A stretch of DNA of 63,975 nucleotides, filler included, from Reticulomyxa filosa (taxonomy: Eukaryota > Protista > Foraminifera), in assembly GCA_000512085.1 (NCBI GenBank). It is 19 parts of 19 records of this genome, joined end to end, with 100 filler letters (N's around TTAATTAATTAA, not from the genome) between each part and the next. Parts side by side here need not be neighbours in the genome. Positions count along the whole stretch, not along the records: positions 50,682 to 62,514 come from ASPP01003403.1; positions 62,615 to 63,975 come from ASPP01000914.1; 17 more parts are not named here. One strand, written 5' to 3'. The notes beneath the pieces were generated by a model that did no database searches, was not told where the DNA came from, and worked only from the letters and a program-made list of their open reading frames with translations. The translations under genes and the position numbers were made by a program. Below, one piece after another: positions 52,269 through 63,479 of this stretch; position 1 is the stretch's first letter, and each line of letters begins with the position of its first letter.

Positions 52269-53304
52269 TTAACCGAAGAGATCAAACAAACCAACGTCTT
52301 CTTCTTCTTCCCTTTCACGCTCCCTTTTCATCCACGGGACGAGCGGACCACTATCAATAAATTGGATAGCGCACTGGATAGGCGAACATGCGGATATGGC
52401 CGCAACAATTTTATTTTGTAATCTTTCAAACACAGCTCCGCAGTATGTTTCCATGTTGTGGAACAGATATACCTTTTGGCTCTCGTAATCCACTGTTGTT
52501 TACAAGATCCCCATTACAATGTTTAAACTTCAGTTAAAAAAAAAAAAGTATATATAAGTATATACATGTATAAAACTTTTTTTTTTTTTTTAAAAGCTCA
52601 CCCAAAAACTGCAAGGTGTCATGATCTTTAAAAGGTTTCTTCAAAGAATGACCCCCCAAAGTACGTGCATTAATATCGAACGTAAGTGTTGCACTTCCTT
52701 TCAAGTCTGAAACACGTCTGCCATCAAGCAGCGTATCTGCCAACTGAGTAACTGCAGTATCACCATACGATACCGGGATGTGCGTGACTGCAAAAGTTGT
52801 TCACAACATAACAAAAAAAAAATACAAATAAAAAAATATGATCGATCAATGCCCTTTTTTTTTTCTTCCTCTGAAGTACATAAAAAAAAAAAAAAATCTA
52901 ACTAATGCCGACAGTGATATTGCCCTTGTTGGTTGGGGATATAATCTGCAGTTGATAGGCAAAATAGTTTGGAAAAATAGCCTTATCAATTGTATAACCA
53001 CTAACCACCACGCTTGGTTTTTCACCTTTGAATTCAATTGTGTCCTCTTTCACGTGCACCACTAATTTTCCTTTCTCCACCGCACTCCAATAAAAATTCT
53101 CTTCTGTACACACATTTTTTTGTTTGCTTTTTTCTATCCTTTTTTTTCATCCTTTTTTTTTCGAAGAAAATAACTGCAAAAGTTCACAATTGACTGATGC
53201 ATTTCTTTTGGAAATTGATCTATCGTCGACAATCTTATCCATGTATCCAACACTTTCGAGATTTTAGTTTTCCAAAGAATAAACTCTTGTTTTGCAACAT
53301 CCAT
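52269..53304 (-). CDS. SPRY/B30.2-like protein with an N-terminal WIR motif and acidic ...GLFDLFG C-terminus, 4 exons
   Basis: Exon 1 is MDVAKQEF...VLDTWIRLSTIDQFPKEMHQSIVNFC. Later exons show SPRY-like strands (YQLQII...NITVGI; F..HDTLQFL|VDY..QKVYLFHN...GAVF..L...IVAAIS). Confidence 0.6.
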
Positions 53305-53763
53305 TTTTTAGAAGTGGCGCACAGTTATCCCGTTTTTGTTTCTTAAAAAAAGGCAGAAAGATGCAGAACGTTGCTCGTAATGCTACTTGCAAATAACCTA
53401 TTAAGTGATTGTTTAACAAGATTTAACGTGTTGTCAACTTGAGACTAGAATTCGACTGGGATTCAGAATGTAAGCACTCACTAATATAGTGCATAGGACA
53501 GTTTATTCTGTAAAATTATAACTGTTTGGGACAATAAATTAAAACTTTTATAGAAACTGATTTTTTCAGTGGCAAGAAAAATTGAACAGTTTACGGAAGC
53601 CTTGCATTTTGTTGTATATTTCTAAGACACTCACAAAAACAAACTCGATGTTTTTTCTAACTTGAAGCGGGTTTTTTAAACTCAAAACGATTTCCATACT
53701 CATTAAAATTGAGTTACATTTTTGGGAATGAAATAAAGTAGAGTTTTCTTTGCATTTTTATGA

Positions 53764-56138
53764 ATGGATTTAAATGATATCAACACGAAACCCACAGCAA
53801 ACATGGGTAATCATTCTCACTTTGAAACTTTGGACTCTTTGCCAAGCCAGTTCCGTCTTGCTCAATGTGTGGCCTACGATAATGAGATTCTGATTTGTGG
53901 AAGTCTTCTCGAAAGACAGTGTTATTCCTACCATACCATCAAAAAGCAATGTAAGCGTATTTGTTCATATCCACTTGCTGTTGCATTATGGGGTCACTGT
54001 GTAGTGAAAAGAGTGAAAAGCAGCAACAATGCAAATGATATCACTTTGTTGTCCTTTGGTGGAAAATATAAACATGCGATGACAATGAAATATGTAAGTG
54101 CATGGGACGAAGATGAGGAAAAAGAAGAAAGAATGGAAATTATAAGGCATTCTAATCGATGGAGTCCTCTTGTTGACAAACGTAACCACGTTGTTTCCAT
54201 TGGTAGAAAGGAAGATGATTATGACGGAATGCGTGCATTGATTGGAGGTAATGACAATAATTTGTTATTTATTACATATTATCCAAGAAATATTGACGTA
54301 TTTGATTTGAATACATTGGAATATCTGAAGCACGACATTTTACCACTGGACGATGGGAATTGGATCAGACATCATTGTTTTGCATCAAAGACAGAAAATG
54401 GGATATCAAATCCAAATCACAAAATATTTGAAATGATGTTATTTTGTAATGATAAAGGCTTATCTATTTCATACAATCAACAAAACAACAATTTTCATTT
54501 TTCTCGTGTGCGTGTTTGCACCACACTCAGACCATTTTCTTCCTATTCTTTTATTTGTGTGAATTCTTTCATCATCTTTTTTGGTGGAGAAAGTCATCCA
54601 AAAGAATCTGTTTCACAACAAGTGTACAAATATTCAATAAATGGGGATACGTGGTCCAAATTTGAACAAACTCTACCTTTCAAATTGAGTGAACATGCTG
54701 CCATATTGAGCGCAGACAACCAATTTGTCCACATACTTGGAGGATTTGATGGTAAACGAGAATTAGGCATGCACGTGAGAACAAAGATAGAGAAATGGAC
54801 AAAAGAAGAAACAGAAAAAGAAAGGCAATGGGCTATTGAAGAAAACGAACGAAAGTGCATAGAAGAATGTAAATCAGATCTGGAAGATATGAAAGAACCT
54901 TTTCATATTAAGAAGCTACAAGTTATATTTTGTTGTTCGGTTTAATAAACTACAAAATTATGTATTAAGTTAGGAAAAATTGTTTATCACAACATCGAAC
55001 TCTGACTTGAGCCTAAACAATAATAATAATAACAATAATAATAATAATAATAACAATAATAAAGAAACAAAAAGAAATTGCAATGATAATCAGACATTGG
55101 GTTCGATCATTATATATCAAAATAGGATGGATTGATGACTTTAATATCATAGTTGCTCGCTATTTTTTGGTAGTTTATGTATTTCTTCAACAGAGTTTGT
55201 TCCGTTCTTATCAGTGAAACATCTAACAAAAATTAAATCTCGGCAATAGATGAAATATTTTAAACCGATGAAGATTTTACAAGGTCTTCCCGACAGTATG
55301 GAATGCATAAGCTTTTCACCAGACGCCACAAAGGTGCTGACTTTCGAGAAAATAAAACAATTCGAATATGGGACATTGTATCGGAAAAAGAAATTCAAGC
55401 GCTGGAAGGACATGAACAATCGATTTGTGATGCACAATTTTCACCAGATGGAAAATTTGTAGTGTCATGCGCGTGGAATAAATCCATTTGGTTGTGGAAT
55501 CTGAATTTGCACATGAAAATAAGACAATTGAATGGACATACACATGCTGTAAAACGAGCAAAATTTTCACCGGATGGGCAAACAATTGTGTCTTGTTCAT
55601 TGGATAGAACAATTCGAACATGGAATGTAAACATTGGCCAAGAGATGCGAATAATGAAAGGACATTGCGCAGCAGTAAATGATGTACAATTTTCACCCAA
55701 TGGTCAGCAGATTGTTTCAGCTTCAGATGACAAAACAATTGCAATTTGGGACGTAAGATCAGGTAAAAGGATACGTGAATTAAAAGGACATTTAGATAAT
55801 GTCAACAGAGCAAAATTTTCTCCAGATGGCTGCTTGATTGCATCCTGTTCACCTGATAAAACTATACGCGTGTGGGATGCGGTATCAGGGTTACAAAAGA
55901 CAAAATTAGTAGACATTCCGGTTTGGTCACAGACATACAATTTTTTCCAGATAATCAAACTATTGTTTCTTGTGCATCAAATAGTACCATTCGATTGTGG
56001 GATATGAAATTGGGGGTAGAAAAACAAAGACTAAAAGGACACTCAAAATATATAGTTGGTGTGGATGTTTCAGCAAATGGAAATACTATTGTGTCATGTT
56101 CTCACGATGGAACTATTCGACTTTGGTCGCCACTGTAG
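53764..56138 (+). CDS. Kelch-like propeller + WIR/GWIxDF motif + WD40 propeller; two single-base frameshifts (pseudogene or sequencing error)
   Basis: Exon 1 has Kelch-like GG repeats (SFGG, LIGG, FFGG, ILGG). The 55065-55169 exon encodes the motif. The last exon has 7 WD40 repeats (FSPDG..IVS.S.D.TIR.W) with frame breaks near 55345 and 55912. Confidence 0.85.
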
Positions 56139-56406
56139 CTGCATATTCAATATCAACAAATAATTACGTATCCGTTTTTGTTTGTGAAATTAACATAATT
56201 TTCCATAAAGTGATTTTTCTCATTAAAGTGTTTGCAGTTTTTCCTTTTGAATCAAATGAACCCAGGACAAATAACAGTAACGTCTGCTACTTTCTATTTT
56301 AAATGTATTCTTCCAGAAAACTAGAAAATATAGGCTAAACAAATTATTTAAAAATGTGTCTTTTTATTTCACAAAAATGGTAGTAAATTCAAAAAAATTA
56401 ATATGT

Positions 56407-57596
56407 TCATCCCCAAACACGGATGAGACCGTTTTCTGAACCAAAATATAAACTAACACCGCAACCATCTCTTGTTTTTTGATTCTTTTTCAATGATACA
56501 AAGCTAAGACAATATATCGCATCATTTACTTTCACAGCATATAATTCATTCTTATTTGACCGAATATCCCAAAATCGAATTGTACTATCACTTGACCCAG
56601 AACATATCACATTTGAATTAATACAAATTTCAATATTATTTACTACAAATGGTGAGTATGCAACAGCATTTACATAATTTGTGTGACCATTGAACGCTTG
56701 AGTTTGTCGACCAGATCGAATATCCCACAAACGAACACTTTTATCAAATGAGCCAGATAATATTGTATTTGCACCACCAATAACTCCTAATTCATTTGAT
56801 CCATATTTTACACTATTCACATAGTTTTTATGTCCTTTGAATACAAGAAGCTCTTTAGCCGTTTCAATATCCCAAATGTGAACAGTGTTATCCCATGACC
56901 CAGAACAAATGGTATGTCCACTACCACCAATCATACCAATATTATTACTTTTATTATTATTGCTGTTATTGCTTTGCAATGGTGAAATATCCACGCACCA
57001 AATAGCATCTACGTGTCCCTTGAAGGCATGTAATGTCTTGGATGTTTCAACATCCCATAAACGAACAGTCGCATCATGTGACACAGAACACAAATATCGA
57101 CATCATTAAATGATGAGAATTTAATGCCACTGACCAATTGCGTGTGTCCACTGAATATTTTCAATTGTCGATTATCTTTGATATCCCAAAAATAAATGTT
57201 ATTGTCACCCGATGAAAAACAAATAACATTACGACGATGATTACAATAATGATAGGTTGAAAATCTCACACAAATAAAGTGTCCATCGAATGATTGAGTT
57301 TGTTTGTTGTTCTCAACATCCCATACACGAACTGTGTTATCATTTGATCCGGAACAAAGTAATTGACAACTATCGAATGCTGAATAATCAATACTCCACA
57401 CAGTTTCAGTATGTTCAGTGAATATTTTGAGTAATTTGGACGAAAAACGAAATATATCAAGCATAAAGACTGTGATTGCTTGTGTAAACAATAATTTTGA
57501 GTAATAATAACAAATAAATATTTGATATTAACTTGGTCAAACAAAAAAAAACATAACATAATTGACAATAAGTTTGTCAAAATCATGAATCCATTT
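56407..57596 (-). pseudogene. WD40-repeat gene, frameshifted (about 57100) and 5'-truncated next to an LTR element
   Basis: Paralogue of 7737-9233 (CSGS.D.TVR.WD repeats, ISPLQSNN...IG.IGG.G..ICSGS). Restoring one G gives 'FNDGRYLCS'. Motif remnant KWIHDFDKLIVNY. Confidence 0.8.
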
Positions 57597-57632
57597 ACTG
57601 TGTGACGTCTGCTGACAGTGTGGTACACTAAC

Positions 57633-57831
57633 TGTAATACGATAGGTGTTTACTAAGAATAGAATAGTAATTTCGTAAAACAAAAGAAATTGAAATAATA
57701 AAACAAGATAACAAAAGAAAATGAAAGAAAAGCAAGAAAGTAAGAAGTAAGTTTGTTGAGGAAGTTTAACATACTGGGGATTCCTCCGTTCCCTTAACGT
57801 TCAGGCACTTATAATATGGACTTGCCCTACA
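57633..57831. repeat. LTR (3' LTR of the minus-strand element)
   Basis: TGTAATA...AAGCAAG.AAGTAAGAAGTA...TTGAGGAAGTTTAAC...CTTGCCCTACA, a direct repeat of 60790-60982 with TGTA...TACA termini. Confidence 0.85.
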
Positions 57832-60789
57832 ATTGCAACTTTATCTATACTAACTATCTTTCATGCCCCTTGTAGTACTTAGTTGCAGCCTCTTTTCTCT
57901 GCGTCTTTGCATGAACTCGCTAAGAGCAGATAAGAATCTTTAACAAGTGCTAATGTTTCCTAATACTTGTTTTCTTTGCAATATACTGTAAAATAAACTT
58001 TGTAATCGCTTCTGTTTTGTCATGTTCAATACTTACTTTGGTACTATTGCCTTGATATGTGGTTGTCGTGGCTGGGATTTTCTTTTCTTTCATTTAATAT
58101 GTTATTTTTTGCTTTTATCATTTAATCAACTGGTACCTTAAATGTCTAAAAGTGTTTACTAAATATCGCAAAGGCAGTGCAATGAAAACACAACATATAA
58201 ATACGAACACAAAACATTATAGTTTTAATGCCTTTAATATTTTCAAATGCTTTCGCGACAATGGGTTAAAGTTCTCTTATGCTTTGTCTCTATGTACAAT
58301 GCTTCAAACTCTTTGTTTTCATTTTCAATGTACAACTTTCGCAACTTTGACACATGCACAACCTTTCCAAAGCCGTGTTCGCTCGTGATCTTAAGAGTTA
58401 CTGGGCCCATGCGTTGACTAATTGTATACGGGCCAACGAATTTCTGGCAACAATTTTGGTTTGTTACCTACTATCTGGTCCCCTACGAATAATAAAACAG
58501 AATCGCCTATTTCAAAACCATATCTTATACGCTTGGTGTTGTATTTTCTTTGTGCCAATAATGCGCCATCACTAACAAATTGAAGTTGTTTTCGTATAGT
58601 ACATTTGTACTCATGCAATGGCTCATACGATGACTCAACAAGTTTATTTTGGGTGACTGTTCCAATGTAAATATTATGGCATTCGATTTTTTCCTTTGAT
58701 CCTACTATGTAACTCTGACGTTGGTGCTATATGCTTAATATTTGATTCCTCTTTATTCTTAGCAATGTTTACATCTGTATTGTATGCTTTGACACTACCA
58801 GCAGTTTGCTCCAAATCTTGATCTTCCAATATTTCGTCGATTGTACATGATTAAAATTTTCATGCTCCAACATCAATGCATAACCTAGCTGACGTAATGC
58901 ACTCCTAGATAAAATAAAGTTATGTTGCAAATTTGGTACTACATAGAAGTTTGCCTTAAACAACGATTTGTCCTTGTTTTTGACGTCCTTTAGAGTAAGT
59001 TCTACTTTTTCTTGTAGTGTAATGGACCCTCCTGCATGCGCAACAATGAATGTACGCGCATCCTTTGTTAATAAGTGCTGATGTTTACGTGCCATAGAGT
59101 CGCTCAACGCTCATATCGATGATCCAGTATCCGCAATTGCTTTTATGTTACATATTTCTTTATTGCACAATTTAATTACAATTTTATCGTGTTTTTTCAT
59201 CACTTTGTCAACAACAAGTATAGTAAATATTTGCTACACACTTTCTTGATCTGACTGCCGTTCGATTACTTGTAATTTGTTTCCATTATTTAGATATACA
59301 CTTTGCTTATGACCATGTTCGCCACAATTCCAACATTCATCGTTCCAATGACGATTAGTGCCTTTGAGAACGTTATGTTGCTATTTGTCTTTTGTTACTC
59401 GTTTTTCATTAGTTGTAGCTACATTACTTTGGCTAGGCAAGTTAATACCGTCATACGATTCTTTATAAATATCGTTTCTATACTTATAACTCCATTTTTC
59501 TCTAACTGTAAAACGATTGTCACAATATGATTTGTTTTCATGACCATAGAAGATTTTGTTACATATCAGATATCGTTTCGTTGATATTGTTTGGTCCCAT
59601 TTTCGTTTTCAATAGGCCATTTGTTTTGCTTGTATTTCCTACTCGAGCATGATATGTATGTTTTCCAGAGCTGTTTCTGTTTCGTTTAATGTCGCCTGGT
59701 TTTGTTCATATACCAGTCGACTCACGATTCCAAACAGAGCTACTAGCAACGATTACATTAACCTTTCGTCAGACCGTTTTAACATCTTTCTTGCTGGTAC
59801 TTTACATTCAGCATAGTCCAATTCTAACTTCAATGCGCACTTTGCTTTACGCCAACGCAACAGTATATCAGCTTGTCCTTCGTCAACTGTTGTTCTGAAG
59901 TATAATAGATCATTTGTTCTTTCATTAACTGATGTTGCCCTCCAAACATTGTGCATAACCATGTCATCAATTCATTGAATGTTTGATGTTGCTAAGTTGC
60001 CACAATCTCCTGCATTTCTAATGGCAAGCACTGCGACATTATGTATATCATACAAAACTTATCTGGTAACTAGTATGTTGATTTACATGCCAAAAATTGC
60101 CTTTTCCATCTATGAAAGTCACATCTGCTTCCATTAAAAATATGTCTGAACATATTTGACGAATCCATTGCTAATTTCATTACAATGTCATCCGCACCGT
60201 CCCTCAGATCATGTATATTATCATTGCTACTTGACTGCACAACTTGTTGTCTTTCGCTCAGTATTGCAGCACAAGTGTTATTCACCACCAACTTGGGGTT
60301 AATGTCGCCATTATAACCTTGATACCTCTGGCTAACAATAGACTTTGACTCCTGCAGCTGCAACCTCTGTGACAATAGTTTAATCTGTTCTTGGATCGTA
60401 TAAAGTTGTTTCTTTAATGAATTTTCATCTTTAGAGTCTTTACAAACTGATTCCCAGTCAAAATTTTCTTTTGCATCCTCATCACATTTTTCTAACATAA
60501 AACTTTTGTATGTCGTAAATGTACTTAGTTCCTGCACTGAAACTTAACCTCTTACACTTAACAGATAATCGTAACCTTGATGATACAATTGGTTCATTTT
60601 CTTTGATATGTTCTCCTACATCTGTCAACATTTGCCTCCATACTTTCGGACTCATCTTTAATATCTCTTCATCATTTGGTAGTAACCTTAATTGTTGTTG
60701 TTCTTCTAATGTCGTCATTTTTTTTTTGTTCGTTCGCTGTAACATTGGGTGCTAAATGTGGGTAGTCTACTTTGAATAGCTACACTAAA

Positions 60790-60982
60790 TGTAATATGAA
60801 AAGGTTTTACTCGAATGAAAGTGACTTTCAGTAAAACAAAGTAAATTAAATAAACCAAAATGACAAAAAGGAAAGTAAGAAAAGCAAGGAAGTAAGAAGT
60901 AGTTGGTTGAGGAAGTTTAACCCAAAGGGAGCTCCTCAGTTCCATAAGAGTTCAATCATGTGTGATAAGGGCTTGCCCTACA
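60790..60982. repeat. LTR (5' LTR of the minus-strand element)
   Basis: Same conserved blocks and TGTA...TACA termini as 57633-57831, but visibly diverged. Confidence 0.85.
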
Positions 60983-61396
60983 CTACGTATTATTTTTAGG
61001 TGAAATACATCAAATGAAAAAACGAAAGGGTCTAAGGTTGGTTTTGTTTTTCTTTTTTAATGCTTATCGTTGCATTTTATTTCACGTTTTGTTTTTAATT
61101 AAAAATTGGCCATTTATTCTTTGCGCGCTCTAAGGTTGTTGACCGATCACCTTAGAAAAAAAATTCAAAAATACATTGGAACTGAGTATTGTAACGTACG
61201 CTAAAAGTTAGTTTGATATTTCAAATGGTTTTTTAACAAAATTTAAAAAAATGGTTCAGAAAATGAGAAATAAGATAGTATACAAACAAAGAAATAATAA
61301 TTTACTTTTTATTAATGTGGTCTAACTTTTCCACTTTCAATGAATATATAAAAAAATTTGTTTACAAGCACGTTGCTTTCTTTGTTATATTTTCAA

Positions 61397-62402
61397 CTAA
61401 CGAACGATTTCTTCTTCTTCATCAGATTGCATCCCAACCAAGCTTATCGTCTTGGGGATTTCCTCCGGTTGGGATTCTCCAACAGTGATCTGTTCAAAAG
61501 TGCTGAAACCAGTACCAGTATCGGCTTGGACAGTAATGTTAGTATTGACGTTTCCATTGGTAGTGAAATCAGAAAAGGCATAAGCTTGTGGAGTAGCGTA
61601 GGATTGAACGACATAGGATTGTGGAACAGCGTAGGATTGCGGAACAGAATAAGATTGTGGGACAGCATAAGATTGTGGAACAGCGTAGGATTGCGGAACA
61701 GTATAGGGTTGTTGAACAGCATAAGATTGCGGAATAGTATAGGGTTGTTGAACAGCATAAGATTGCTGAACAGCATAAGATTGCGGAATAGTATAAGATT
61801 GCGGAATAGTATAGGGCTGTGTAATAGTAGATGATTGTGGAATAGCATAGGATTGTACGTTGCCTACGCTACGTGCATTCGCGTTGAATATCTCATCAAC
61901 ATTTGAAACTCCTGATGACATATCAGCTTTGTCGGCTTTGATTCCAGTGAATCGGGATTTCCTCGTTAAATAGGTAATGAATGCAGCCCCAAATAACACC
62001 AACAAAATCAATACGATCGTAACACAAAGAACGCCAATGGTAGTTTTGGACATACTGGAAGTGGTTGAAGAGCTAGATGCCTTTTCCGTACCTCCATTTC
62101 CATTATCGTTTCCTCCATTTCCATTATCATTTCCTCCATTTCCATTATCCATTTCCTCCATTTCCATTATCATTTCCTCCATTTCCACCACTATTCCCTC
62201 CATTTCCACCACTATTCCCTCCATTTCCACCACTATCCCCTCCATTTCCACCACTATTTCCTCCATTTCCACCACTTCCATTGCAGATTACTTCATATTT
62301 AGAGTAATAAGGATAGTAGTAGTCAGGGCTTGTGTTAATGCATCCACCACTAATCGAATACGAGGTCGCGCTTGTATTACAGGTTCCATAGGTCCAGTAT
62401 CT
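61397..62402 (-). CDS. Single-pass membrane protein: Cys/Tyr-rich ectodomain end, Gly-Asn linker, TM helix, cytoplasmic (Q-S/P-Y-x-x-P/Q)n repeats; 5'-partial, one frameshift
   Basis: The upstream frame reads YWTYGTCNTSATSYSISGGCINTSPDYYYPYYSKYEVICNGSGGNGGNSGG... One extra base near 62149 shifts into the ORF with TM IGVLCVTIVLILLVLFGAAFITYL-TRK and 18-bp repeats at about 61590-61860. Confidence 0.75.
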
Positions 62403-62916
62403 AAAAGTGTGAGAAAAGGAAAGAAGGAAGACAACTACAAATTATCGATTCTTCGTTTGTTCTTGAAAACGAGAGACCTGCTTCCCCCTTTCTCCCTCGC
62501 TTCTCTCTCTCTCTNNNNNNNNNNNNNNNNNNNNNNNNNNNNNNNNNNNNNNNNNNNNTTAATTAATTAANNNNNNNNNNNNNNNNNNNNNNNNNNNNNN
62601 NNNNNNNNNNNNNNAGACAAAGATACAAAGAAAATACTTTCAAAATACTAAAAAAAAAGAAATTTTTATTGTGATAAAAATTTTCAAATATCTGATATTG
62701 CGATTTTGCGAGATCATATATACACAAGATAACAAACGAAACACCCAAAATGAACAGTCGAAACAAAATAATATTAACAAAAAAGAATGTCGAATAAAAG
62801 TGAACAACTTTTCTATTAAATAAGCCGAAATGGCAATATCAACAACATTCACGTGCCTTTCTTTAATAATAAGTGTTTAAATCTTATTTTTTGTTTTAGT
62901 TTGCTTTAATTTGTTA

Positions 62917-63210
62917 AAAGATGTGAATCTCAATATTTCCCTGAGACTTCAACACTTCGAAAACAGGCTCAGAGGATTCGGTTGAGCATTAGGATTGCTC
63001 CCTTACCATTCCACAGGGAAGAGCCAAATTTGTTTTCGCAACCGTTGATTGATATCACCGTACAACCTTTGAGATTTATTTGTTTTTTTTAATATTTTAA
63101 AAATTAAATTAAAACTTAAATTTATTTTTTTTCGCTTATTGCTATTGATTGTGTGATATGTTTTATTGATCTTTTCCTTTTTTGTTTGTTTTCATTAGAG
63201 TGCTGTTCCT
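62917..63210. repeat. Dispersed repeat with conserved stem-loop, probable LINE 3' end (copy 2)
   Basis: Matches 42321-42496 with about 130 extra bp. On the minus strand it is followed by an A-rich tail. Confidence 0.8.
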
Positions 63211-63479
63211 TTTGGGACTCATTTAACTTGGATAAGATCTCATTCTTGCTAAAAAAAAATAAATAATTGTCAACTAAATCTCAATTTAAATTGAAATAAC
63301 TTTATTGTTTCTTTTGATTATTTTTTGCATGGACCTTTTTGGTCGTGTGTCTTTCTTTTATTTTTGTGTTTCTTTTTTTGAGTACGAGATAATGCTGACA
63401 ATTTACCAGTCAACGAGATATAATTCAGAGATGTCTTTGGTCTCGATTCATTCCAAATCTTGTATGATACACTTGTTGT

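Larger units (their letters stand above)
57633..60982 (-). mobile_element. Internally deleted, decayed Ty3/Gypsy LTR retrotransposon
   Basis: Direct repeats at both ends; gag-like ORFs (60745-59750); zinc knuckle CWNCGEHGH (about 59300-59336); protease AIADTGSS (about 59120-59140) and NFYVVP...FILS; integrase C-terminal GPY/F-type FEIGDSVLL...KLLP..RWP. No RT/RNase H/IN core seen. Confidence 0.85.

Noticed and set aside
61358-61848. ORFs with LRNSIG and LFRNPI repeats resembling leucine-rich repeats
   Set aside because: Alternative frames of the 18-bp QSYAVP repeat. The frame with the TM helix is the coherent one.
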